Shown here one piece after another: positions 1 through 11,700 of a DNA stretch of 64,000 nucleotides. The stretch is taken from positions 1-64,000 of the forward strand of contig NIVC01000222.1 of NCBI GenBank assembly GCA_002269645.1. The letters are read 5' to 3'. The notes below the pieces were generated by a model that searched no databases, was not told the DNA's origin, and saw only the letters and a program-made list of their open reading frames with translations. Each line of letters starts with the position of its first letter. The stretch's first letter is position 1. The position numbers and the translations under genes were made by a program. The DNA comes from Macrostomum lignano (Eukaryota).

Positions 1-781
1 AAAATTAGATACTTTGTTTAAAATAGAAAAGACTTTTTTCTTCTGTATGATATGCTCTCGACGAAGCTCTCCTTGTAACTAATCATGTATTTCCATTTAA
101 TAGTTAGGCGTTTAGTTTAAGAGATTATAGTAGCTTAATGCAGTAGTAAAAACGTGGCTGTAGCTAAAAATTACGTATTTAAATAGCCTTATTCATCCTT
201 ACTATTTTATAAATTACTTATAAAGTACAATTGTTAATAAACTATAAGAACTACAAATAGATACCTACAAATAAACTAAAGAATTCCGAATCGTATCATA
301 ATTGAAATATTCAATAAATACGTGTTCCAACGTCAGTAACAAAGCTACTTCAAGCTGGGTGCATGTAATTGTCAATAAACTATTTAATATTCGACTCCGG
401 GTGTTTATGAGGCAAGCAAAGTCAAGAATTTAACAGAATAAGAATTCACTACTTATTTTTGTCGAATAATTGCATCGAAGTGCAAATTTGCAAATTGTAC
501 AGCACACGCATTTTTATTTTTCGAAACAGAAATTTTGAAGTGTTGCATAAAAATAGTTAAATTAATTCATTTTTTAACAGCATAAAAGTAAGCATCCTCG
601 CGTGGTCCTTGACCTTGCTAATTTAGAAGAAAATTCGAAATTCGAAATAAAAATGTATTCGATATTTTTAGGGAGTAGAAATAATTTTAGGTATAAAATT
701 AAATGGTAAACAAAATTTTAATTTAAAGCAAAAAGTTTTCAGTCGGTTACACGTCATGAATAAACCGCGTACTTTTACATG

Positions 782-1762
782 TTAGTTTAGCGTTGATTGA
801 CTTGTTGAGGTTCGTGTGCGTGCAGCTTTAGGAGTCTGGCTTGACCCGCTTGCGGCGCTGTTGAGCCGCCGTCGGCTGCTTCTTCTGCTGCTTGGCGGCC
901 GGCTTTTTTGATGTCGCCGCCTTGATTTTGCTGAAGCAGCCGGCTTTTTCTTTGGCTTCTCTTCTTCCTCTTCCTCATCTTCTTCCTCTGCTTCCTCGAC
1001 ATCCTCCTCCATTTCCTCGTCGATGTCTTCCTCTTCCTCCTCCGCCATACCGTCCTCGCCCTCCTCTTCTGCTTCTTCGTCCTCCTCCTCCTCATCATCT
1101 TCGTCGCCACCGCCAATCAGCGACACCACCCGGTGAACCCGGTGAGTACCGGTTAGCCACACCGGCCCGTCGCCTTCGGCTAGTTCGAACGTGCACGACG
1201 ACGGCGTCGCGGGCAGACTCGTGGCAGCAGCCTCTTCGAAGCCACTGCAGCCGCATGTTACACCGGTCTCCAGCACGAACTCGTGGCCCAGGGCCAGGGT
1301 CCGCTGGCTGGCCGGGTCGATGCACAGAATCGGCGTGCCGCTCAGCGCAGTCAGCAGCTTCTCGTCCGCCTCTTCTTCAGCCCCTGCTGGCTGCTTCTTG
1401 GTCGACGATGGTGGTCCCGTGCGCACGGTGACCAGGTGAATACCGGCGGCCTTGGGCGCCAGAACGCAGCCAGTCACGTGCAGCAGATGACGCGTCTCCC
1501 TCGGTCTCGTCGTCCGCATCTTCCTCGTGAGCGTGGTCCGACTGCTGCTTCTGATCTTTGCCGTTTTTAGAGTGCTCATCGGGTTTTGGCTCAACTCCGT
1601 TGCCATTCTTACCGCGTGCTCACTTTCCGGTTTCCCATCCGGGCACCATTCAAAGCGCGGCTGCTCGCGGGTCAACTGGCAGCGCCAGAAGTGCACGGAC
1701 ACTTGCTCAACTCTTTGCTCCTGCATGGCGGCTAGAGTGCTTAAGTTGAACGCAGAGGACAT
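782..1762 (-). CDS. Nucleoplasmin-like histone chaperone (core + acidic tract + basic tail), probably with local frameshift errors
   Basis: The ORF has FWRCQL near the N-terminus and FELAEGDGPVWLTGTHRV, matching the nucleoplasmin consensus F.L..GSGPV.I.G.H.V. A long D/E tract and KPKKKPAA follow. Alternative frames give a better acidic A1 loop and basic tail (see findings). Confidence 0.8.
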   Translation of the reverse strand: MSSAFNLSTLAAMQEQRVEQVSVHFWRCQLTREQPRFEWCPDGKPESEHAVRMATELSQNPMSTLKTAKIRSSSRTTLTRKMRTTRPRETRHLLHVTGCVLAPKAAGIHLVTVRTGPPSSTKKQPAGAEEEADEKLLTALSGTPILCIDPASQRTLALGHEFVLETGVTCGCSGFEEAAATSLPATPSSCTFELAEGDGPVWLTGTHRVHRVVSLIGGGDEDDEEEEDEEAEEEGEDGMAEEEEEDIDEEMEEDVEEAEEEDEEEEEEKPKKKPAASAKSRRRHQKSRPPSSRRSSRRRLNSAASGSSQTPKAARTRTSTSQSTLN

Positions 1763-1879
1763 TGTGCAGCTTTTTGGAGATTGAAGTTTCTAATTGACTA
1801 AATTTTAGGTTCAGTCATGTTTATAAATCGATTTGCCATGCCGTTTTTTTGGGGGGAGGATGGGTTGAAGGCAGATCGG

Positions 1880-1995
1880 CCCTGATTGGCTGCTGAAATT
1901 TATCAGTCTATAAACAAGTCAGAGCGTGCGCGGATTGTTTTCCACCCCTCCCTCCCCGCCAAATACGTATAGAACCACCCCAGCCAATCAGAAAG
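1880..1995 (-). promoter_or_regulatory. CCAAT-box promoter region of the nucleoplasmin-like gene
   Basis: CTGATTGGCTG (~1883) and CAGCCAATCAG (~1981) lie 120-230 bp upstream of the start codon. Confidence 0.4.
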
Positions 1996-2564
1996 AGCTT
2001 AGACTTTGTCTTTATCAAGGTCAGTTAGTTGAGTACGCTCGTAATAGTAAGTACACACACACACACACTTGTTAGCCGGTTTTTGCAAGAAAGATAAAAA
2101 GGTTTAATAATTATCTGTTCGTATAATTGAATCAGGTTAGGTTACGTATTATTGAATACGTAAATTTACTTTATTAAACTACCTATTAAATTTACAGTCG
2201 GTGAGTCGGAAAAAGTAATTATTGAATACTTTCCAAGGCTAGTTCACACCAGCATAAGATAAGATCGCGTGGTTGATTTATTGTACACCATGTGATGAAA
2301 GAATGTGTGCAACCCTTTTAAAGGCTAAAAAAAAGCTTCTAAATGGGACCTTTATTATTGATCTCGTAGTTTTTCGTATAATATTATCAATCAAGTTAAT
2401 TTTTCCAAGAAACGCCGTTTTCTGATGATTAGTTAATTCATAAGCTTTCAAATATAAACTCAACAACATTGATAAGTTGCCACCCTTTGACCCAGTGAGC
2501 AGCGTCGATCACCTGGCCAACCATTTTTATATTTGAAAATGCTTGAAAAAACAATAAAAAAACC

Positions 2565-3015
2565 GAGCTTGCTATCTGGGATGCTTGCTATCTGGGGGAT
2601 GCTTGCTGTCTTGGGGATGCTTGCTATCTGGGGATGCTTGCTATCTGGGATGCTTGCTGTCTTGGGGATGCTTGCTATCTGGGGGATGCTTGCTATCTTG
2701 GGGATGCTTGCTATCTGGGGGGATGCTTGCTATCTGGGGGATGCTTGCTATCTGGGGATGCTTGCTATCTGGGAGGATGCTTGCTATCTGGGGATGCATG
2801 CTGCTATCTGGGGGATGCTTGCTATCTGGGGGATGCTTGCTATCTGGGGGATGCTTGCTATCTGGGGGATGCTTGCTATCTGGGGGATGCTTGCTATCTG
2901 GGGGATGCTTGCTGTCTGGGGGATGCTTGCTATCTGGAGGGATGCTTGCTATCTGGGGGGATGCTTGCTATCTGGGGGATGCTTGCTATCTTGGGGATGT
3001 TTTCTATTTAGGGGA
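2565..3015. repeat. 18-bp minisatellite (ATGCTTGCTATCTGGGGG)n, ~25 copies
   Basis: Direct tandem periodicity with a variable G-run; the MLAIWG/GCLLSG/DACYLG ORFs are artefacts of it. Confidence 0.95.
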
Positions 3016-3561
3016 ATGTCTGTTATCTTTGTGAATGCTGTATTTTGTTGTCTTTCTGCTAATTTAGAAAAAAAGAAAGAGATTCACAGCAAACATCCTT
3101 GTCCGTGACAATTTTACTCGAATAAGGTGATTTATAAAACTGAAGAAGGAAATGTGCTTAAGAAAAGAAAATGTGCTTTTTTAAATGTTTTCCATGAATA
3201 AGTTTTGCTCCTTGCCTATTGAGCGCCCTGAAGAGGGGCACTAGATTGCTAGTTTTAATTATGAATCAATTACAAAGAAATACTATTTACTCGTACATGT
3301 AGATCTAGACCTGAAATATTTAAAAAAATTGACTCATTTTTTTTTCTCATTGACTCATTGACTCCTGACTCATTTAATTGATTTAAGATTGTCAATCGAC
3401 CCTTTGAACTTACTCTTGACTTAGGAGCTGGGAGCACCCCTTGAGTTACTCTTAATGCTGTTCAATTCACTCCTGACTCCCTGTGTCATATAGCATCCAT
3501 ATTCATAACTTTTGCACTCTTGAACTCCTTAATTAAGAGTCTCGAAAAAGCATTGACAATC

Positions 3562-4035
3562 CTAATCCTAGCTTTATCCTAATCCTAGCTTTATCCTAAT
3601 CCTAGCTTTATCCTAATCCTAGCTTTATCCTAATCCTAGCTTTATCCTAATCCTAGCTTTATCCTAATCTTAGCTTTATCCTAATCCTAGCTTTATCCTA
3701 ATCCTAGCTTTATTCAAATCCTAGCTTTATCCTAATCCTAGCTTTATCCAAATCCTAGCTTTATCCTAATCCTAGCTTTATCCTAATCCTAGCTTTATCC
3801 TAATCCTAGCTTTATCCAAATCCTAGCTTTATCCTAATCCTAGCTTTATCCTAATCCTAGCTTTATCCTAATCCTAGCTTTATCCTAATCCTAGCTTTAT
3901 CCTAATCCTAGCTTTATCCTAATCCTAGCTTTATCCTAATCCTAGCTTTATCCTAATCCTAGCTTTATTCTAATCCTAGCTTTATCCTAATCCTAGCTTT
4001 ATCCTAATCCTAGCTTTATCCTAATCCTAGCTTTA
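3562..4035. repeat. 17-bp minisatellite (TCCTAATCCTAGCTTTA)n, ~28 copies
   Basis: Direct tandem periodicity. Confidence 0.95.
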
Positions 4036-4724
4036 TAGAATAGCACGGGCCGCTGAGAAAATACTTGACGACCGTCCACTACTGGTTTCGGGTGGAAACT
4101 TTATAAGATGTTGCTGCGTGTGGCTATCGCGCGGACAGACAGACAGACAGGGGGGGGGGCAAAATAAGAAGAGTGCGCCGGGTTGCAGTTTTTTTACCGA
4201 ATGACCCATCGCAAGCAATCTCTATCTCTCCATTATTGTAACCAGAATCTCTGTCTCCGATTATTCTTTCTCACGTGGTCTTGCATTCTTATATTTTTTT
4301 GTCTCACTACGCAGCGATTCGTAGAGGCACTCACTCCTGTTGGACTGAGGGTTTCAACTCTGCATATGGTTAAGCAAGAAGCTTGAGTTTCCATATTTAT
4401 GAACAACCCTCAGGGCAGTTCATTTGTCCGGCCCTCATTTCGCTTGGAGCGAATTCTTTTCTAAGAATATTTTTGAAACTATTGATAGATATATTTCTTG
4501 TCTGAACGAATCGACTGTTTTCAAAAGAAAATCGAAATCTAAGATTTTGTTGGTAGAGCAAGTTTAATTCGACTATAAACTTCTGACAGAGGTGAGTTGA
4601 AAATCGGACTGTGCATTATAATGGGCGTCAGCACCACTTAGGTGTCAGGAGCGCCATTTTAAAGGAGTTATTTTAGTGATGCCTCGATAGGGTGTCAGAA
4701 AGGCCACTAAAAATGTATCAGGAG

Positions 4725-5115
4725 TGCCGCTATAAATGTGTCAGGGGTGCCGCTATAAATGTGTCAGGGGTGCCGCTATAAATGTGTCAGGGGTGCCGCT
4801 ATAAATGTGTCAGGGGTGCCGCTATAAATGTGTCAGGGGTGCCGCTATAAATGTGTCAGGGGTGCCGCTATAAATGTGTCAGGGGTGCCGCTATAAATGT
4901 GTCAGGGGTGCCGCTATAAATGTGTCAGGGGTGCCGCTATAAATGTGTCAGGGGTGCCGCTATAAATATGTCAGGGGTGCCGCTATAAATGTGTCAGGGG
5001 TGCCGCTATAAATGTGTCAGGGGTGCCGCTATAAATGTGTCAGGGGTGCCGCTATAAATGTGTCAGGGGTGCCGCTATAAATGTGTCAGGGGTGCCGCTA
5101 CAAGTGTGTCAGGGT
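4725..5115. repeat. 23-bp minisatellite (GTGTCAGGGGTGCCGCTATAAAT)n, ~16 copies
   Basis: Direct tandem periodicity (TCAGGGG at 4741, 4764, ...). Confidence 0.95.
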
Positions 5116-5345
5116 CCTTTCAGGGGCTAGTCACAACGTTCGTTTCAGGGTTGTCACTTGAGGAGATGACACCTAATTTGAGTACCTGGGGCTCCAAAAT
5201 GACCCCCTTGGCTAACAAAATCTCTGACGAACAATTCCGTCTATAGCGTGATCATTTGTATGCATCAGGGCCCGTGGGCGGCACCGGTCCTCCTCCCAGA
5301 AGCGAGACTAATTAAATTATGATATTTAATTCTCTCACCTGTCAG

Positions 5346-5758
5346 AATTCAACCTGGCCTCGTTGATAAGTGCAGCAGCACCGAAAGCTGCTGCCGCTGC
5401 AGCCGCCGACGCCTGGTTGTCAGTCCATGCCGGCTCCATCGCCAGCAGCCGGCTGGGCTGCAGTCAGCAGGCCCTACGGAAGCAGGACATCGACCAGAAG
5501 ATTCTGCTGAACCAAATCGACGAGTTGGACGCCAGGCTGTCCAAATTGAACGATGCGGCAGTCAGCAGCGCCTATGCCGAGCGGTTCAACAAAGCACGGA
5601 GCGATGTGGCCAGCAATCAGAGCGCCATTGCCTACCTGCGCCAGATAGCCAGCCTCGAGGACGTCCTGTCTGAGTCGTGTCGCCGGGCTGCCGATCAGGC
5701 CATCGGCTTGTCTCAAGGACAGGCGGCGGCCTCCAGCTTCGACAGCAGCAGCGGCAGG
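5346..5758 (+). CDS. Paralog 1 exon (helical N-terminal part)
   Basis: CTGTCAG acceptor, AGG|GTGAGT donor; AWL..IAS.RLGCSQQAL and AIAYLRQI.SLE are shared with the paralog 2 exon. Confidence 0.75.
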
Positions 5759-8700
5759 GTGAGTCTGGGGGGGGCGTCGCCTAGGGGGACTGGGGGGACA
5801 AGGAGGATATGCGAATTTGAGCAGCTTTGAGTACATCTCTTCTTTCACTTTGCCCTTGGGGATTTGAGCAGCTTTGAGTACATCTCTTCTTTCACTTTGC
5901 CCTTGGGGATTTGAGCAGCTTTGAGTACATCTCTTCTTTCACTTTGCCCTTGGGGATTTGAGCAGCTGTGAGTACATCTCTTCTTTCACTTTGCCCTTGG
6001 GGATTTGAGCAGCTGTGAGTACATCTCTTCTTTCACTTTGCCCTTGGGGATTTGAGCAGCTTTGAGTACATCTCTTCTTTCACTTTGCCCTTGGGGACTT
6101 GAGCAGCTGTGAGTACATCTCTTCTTTCACTTTGCCCTTGGGGATTTGAGCAGCTTTGAGTACATCTCTTCTTTCACTTTGCCCTTGGGGATTTGAGCAG
6201 CTTTGAGTACATCTCTTCTTTCACTTTGCCCTTGGGGATTTGAGCAGCTGTGAGTACATCTCTTCTTTCACTTTGCCCTTGGGGATTTGAGCAGCTTTGA
6301 GTACATCTCTTCTTTCACTTTGCCCTTGGGATTTGAGCAGCTGTGAGTACATCTCTTCTTTCACTTTGCCCTTGGGGATTTGAGCAGCTGTGAGTACATC
6401 TCTTCTTTCACTTTGCCCTTGGGGATTTGAGCAGCTTTGAGTACATCTCTTCTTTCACTTTGCCCTTGGGGACTTGAGCAGCTGTGAGTACATCTCTTCT
6501 TTCACTTTGCCCTTGGGGATTTGAGCAGCTTTGAGTACATCTCTTCTTTCACTTTGCCCTTGGGGATTTGAGCAGCTTTGAGTACATCTCTTCTTTCACT
6601 TTGCCCTTGGGGATTTGAGCAGCTGTGAGTACATCTCTTCTTTCACTTTGCCCTTGAGGATTTGAGCAGCTGTGAGTACATCTCTTCTTTCACTTTGCCC
6701 TTGAGGATTTGAGCAGCTGTGAGTACATCTCTTCTTTCACTTTGCCCTTGGGGATTTGAGCAGCTGTGAGTACATCTCTTCTTTCACTTTGCCCTTGGGG
6801 ATTTGAGCAGCTGTGAGTACATCTCTTCTTTCAATCTTGCTTGGGAAATTGAGCAACTTTTTTTTACTTAATTTCTGTAGAAGAAGAACTCAAAGGCTTG
6901 GCCATCACCCCCACAATTCGCATTCAACAGCTAATCAGCAGTGAGGTGTTGCAGACCTGGGAATGGGTGACTCGGCTCGCCGAGCTGACCCAGCTGCACC
7001 TGAAGAACTCGGCAGATTATCACTCGTTCTACCACGACGCCAACGAGCTGGACGGACTGATCAACTCGCGAAAGCTGACTAACGCTCAAGTCTTTGGTTC
7101 GATTCCGCCAACAGGACAGCTGAGCTCTATGCAGCGGATGAACACGGTCTTGAGTGTGAGTTTCTAACGTGGAGATTGATGCGACTGTAAAGTGGCCAAA
7201 GTCCAAGGATTCGGGAGGATCTTCCAAGGATACATAATAACTGTAGGACTGGAAAGTAGCAAATCATGGCACCAGGGGCTTTAGCATCAGGGGCTTTAGC
7301 ACCACGGGCTTTAGCACCAGGGGCTTTAGCACCAGGGGCTTTAGCACCAGGGGCTTTAGCACCAGGGGCTCTAGCACCAGGGGCTTTAGCACCAGGGCTT
7401 TAGCACCAGGGGCTTTAGCACCACGGGCTTTAGCACCAGGGGATTTAGCACCAGGGCTTTAGCACCAGGGGCTTTAGCACCAGGGGCTTTAGCACCAGGG
7501 GCTTTAGCACCAGGGGCTTTAGCACCACGGGCTTTAGCACCACGGGCTTTAGCACCACGGGCTTTAGCACCAGGGGATTTAGCACCAGGGGCTTTAGCAC
7601 CACGGGCTTTAGCACCAGGGGCTTTAGCACCAGGGGCTTTAGCACCAGGGGCTTTAGCACCAGGGGCTTTAGCACCAGGGGCTTTAGCACCAGGGGCTTT
7701 AGCACCAGGGGCTTTAGCACCAGGGGCTTTAGCACCAGGGGCTTTAGCACCAGGGGCTTTAGCACCAGGGGCTTTAGCACTAAATGTTTGTGCAATATAG
7801 CATATAAAAAGTATTGAACAGTTATGGAAGTAAAAAATGTTATTATTTTTTCTCCCTATTTTGCAGGACAATTTTTCGAATTTCCTCATGCTATGGCAGC
7901 GAGCTGACCAGCTCGTGTCGCGCAGTCATCGAATTGTCCCGGTTTACCGGCGCAATCAACCGCTGGAGACGCCTCATCCGGGACGTAACATCTTCCGGTT
8001 TGATGACGGAGAGGTGAGAGTGCCATTTGTCGGAGAGTGTTTAGTAGTGTCGGAGAGTGTTTAGTAGTGTCGGAGAGTGTTTAGTAGTGTCGGAGAGTGT
8101 TTAGTAGTGCCGGAGGGTGTTTAGTAGTGTCGGAGACTGTTTAGTAGTGTCGGAGAGTGTTAATTATTGTCGGTGGTGTTTAGTAGTGTTGGAGTGTGTT
8201 TAGTAGTGTCGGAGAGTGTTTAGTAGTGTCGGAGAGTGTTTAGTAGTGTCGGAGAGTGTTTAGTAGTGTCGGAGAGTGTTTATTACTGTCGGAGAGTTTT
8301 TAAGAATATCGTCGAATGAATTCACTGTTAAAATATTCGATGATGTTTCATAATGTCCTGTAATAAGATTCGAAGAAGGCATGTAGTATCGTACAAGTAT
8401 TTATCTTGTAGGAGAATGTTTACACTGTATGAGTGTTTATACGAGAGTAAATGTAGTCTTTATAAGTTTACAAGAGTTTTTTCTGTAAACTCCAACGTTC
8501 GTTCGTCCTACAGAACACGTTGCTGGATTCGGAAGAAGTCGCGGTCCTTGACAATACGAAGCCATTGACCTGGAAGGTGCGAAAAACTGACGGCACAGTG
8601 ATGGAGGTGCCCAGCATCTGCATCTGGCTGCCGCCACCCGACACAGAGTCTGGGGAAGTGGCTCTCGTGTAAGTGACCTCGGTGATTTGCTCAGATCAGC

Positions 8701-11700
8701 TGTCACACTCATTTTTTGTTTGCTCTGTTGTGGGATATCTCCTAAGATTCTGTAGGATGAGATGCTCTGTTGCGGGCTTGTTCCTAAGATTCTGTAGGAT
8801 GAGATGCTCTGTTGCGGGCTTGTTCCTAAGATTCTGTAGGATGAGATGCTCTGTTGCGGGCTTGTTCCTAAGATTCTGTAGGATGAGATGCTCTGTTGCG
8901 GGCTTGTTCCTAAGATTCTGTAGGATGAGATGCTCTGTAGCGGGCTTGTTCCTAAGATTCTGTAGGATGAGATGCTCTGTAGCGGGCTTGTTCCTAAGAT
9001 CCTGTAGGACAAAAGTCATTTGGCTTTTTCGAATCGGTGACTCGTAACTCTGGATATCTTCTAGGTGGATTAGTCTAGACTAGGAATTCAGAAGGTGAGC
9101 TGGGAGGAGGCGGATGAGCACTGAACGCTAATATATTCATGTGCATGTTTCCTATATAATGATCCCATTTCATTGGTGTTTATGAAATGGGATATTTACT
9201 GTCGCACAAGCCATGCGCTGCACATTCCAGATAGAAAAAAATGTTCTATAGTTCACGTTAGATTACAGAATATGATTGGGCATAGCATGTCTGAATTGGA
9301 ATCACCTCAAGGCGTACTTGTATCCATGTAATGCATTTCAGCATTCGCAAGAAGTTGTTGAACGCGTGGGCGGCCCTGCTCAGCAAATCCAGGGCCTGGC
9401 TGGTCACCTGTTACACCGCCTATTTGCGAAGCCTCGGCCACGGTTCAGTGGTAAGTCCTTGATATTTAGCCAGTAGTGTTTATAAATCATGTAGAAAACA
9501 ACGATTGATACGCTTGGAAATTTCAGCCCGTGTTCTCTAAACTGTTGCCTCAAGTTCGGGAGTTTCTGAACCACCTGGAACGAGCCTCTGGTGACATCCT
9601 GATCGACGTCGAAGGTCGACAGCAGTTGATGAATGCGCTGCGAGTTGTTCGTAATAATCTTGTCGCCTGCGGTGAGCTGCTGAGACCACGTGCTCAGTTT
9701 TTCATGACAATATTTATCGTTATCGTATCTTTTTCGGATCTGGGTGTGGGTGCCATTTCTGAATGGAACCTGATAGTGAATGTAATTTCTGATTATGCAT
9801 GCCATTTCTGATGGTGAATGCCATTTCTGATGGTGAATGCCATTTCTGATGGTGAATGCCATTTCTGATGGTGAATGCCATTTCTGATGGTGAATGCCAT
9901 TTCTGATGGTGAATGCCATTTCTGATGGTGAATGCCATTTCTGATGGTGAATGCCATTTCTGATGGTGAATGCCATTTCTGATGGTGAATGCCATTTCTG
10001 ATGGTGAATGCCATTTCTGATGGTGAACTCCATTTCTGATGGTGAATGCCATTTCTGATGGTGAATGCCATTTCTGATGGTGAATGCCATTTCTGATGGT
10101 GAATGCCATTTCTGATGGTGAATGCCATTTCTGATGGTGAATGCCATTTTTGATGGTGAATGCCATTTCTGATGGTGAATTCCATTTCTGATGATTAATG
10201 CCATTTCTGATAGTGAATGCCATTTCTGATAGTGAATGCCATTTCTGATGGTGAATGCCATTTCTGATGGTGAACTCCATTTCTGATGGTGAATGCCATT
10301 TCTGATGGTGAATGCCATTTCTGATGGTGAATGCCATTTCTGATGGTGAATGCCATTTCTGATGGTGAATGCCATTTCTGATGTTTAATGCCATTTCTGA
10401 TAGTGAATGCCATTTCTGATGGTACATGCCATTTCTGATGGTACATGCCATTTCTGATGGTGAATGCCATTTCTGATGGTACATGCCATTTCTGATGGTA
10501 CATGCCATTTCTGATGGTGAATGCCATTTCTGATAGTGAATGCCATTTCTGATGGTGAATGCCATTTCTGATGGTGAACTCCATTTCTAATGGTGAATGC
10601 CATTTCTGATGGTGAATGCCATTTCTGATGGTGAATTCCATTTCTGATGGTGAATGCCATTTCTGATGGTTAATGCCATTTATGATGGTGAATGCCATTT
10701 CTGATGGTGAATGCCATTTCTGATGGTGAATGCCATTTCTGATGGTACATGCCATTTCTGATGGTACATGCCATTTCTGATGGTTAATGCCATTTCTGAT
10801 GGTTAATGCCATTTCTGATGGTACATGCCATTTCTGATGGTGAATGCCATTCTGATGGTACATGCCATTTCTGATGGTGAATGCCATTTCTGATGGTGAA
10901 TGCCATTTCTGATGGTACATGCCATTTCTGATGGTAAATGCCATTTCTGATGGTACATGCCATTTCTGATGGTTAATGCCATTTCTGATGGTGAATGCCA
11001 TTTCTGATTATGCATGCCATTTCTGATGGTGAATGCCATTTCTGATAGTGAATGCCATTTCTGATTATGCATGCCATTTCTGATGGTACATGCCATTTCT
11101 GATGGTACATGCCATTTCTGATGGTACATGCCATTTCTGATGGTTAATGCCATTTCTGATGGTGAATGCCATTTCTGATGGTACATGCCATTTCTGATGG
11201 TGAATGCCATTTCTGATGGTGAATGCCATTTCTGATGGTGAATTCCATTTCTGATGATTAATGCCATTTCTGATAGTGAATGCCATTTCTGATGGTGAAT
11301 GCCATTTCTGATGGTGAATGCCATTTCTGATGGTGAATGCCATTTCTGATGGTGAATGCCATTTCTGATAGTGAATGCCATTTCTGATGGTACATGCCAT
11401 TTCTGATGGTACATGCCATTTCTGATGTTTAATGCCATTTCTGATGGTACATGCCATTTCTGATGGTGAATGCCATTTCTGATGGTGAATGCCATTTCTG
11501 ATGTTTAATGCCATTTCTGATGGTGAACGCCATTTCTGATGGTGAATGCCATTTCTGATGGTGAATGCCATTTCTGATGGTGAACGCCATTTCTGATGGT
11601 TAATGCCATTTCTGATGGTGAATGCCATTTCTGATGGTTAATGCCATTTCTGATGATGAATGCCATTTCTGATGGTAAATGCCATTTCTGATGGTGAATG

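Noticed and set aside
3562-4035. Telomeric repeat
   Set aside because: The CCTAAT/CCTAG core resembles TTAGGG only loosely; the unit is 17 bp and interstitial.
6881-6930. Upstream acceptor TTTCTGTAG at 6880 for the spectrin exon
   Set aside because: It needs phase 1, but the preceding donor is phase 0; the 6930 acceptor fits phase and gives the same 225 bp as paralog 2.
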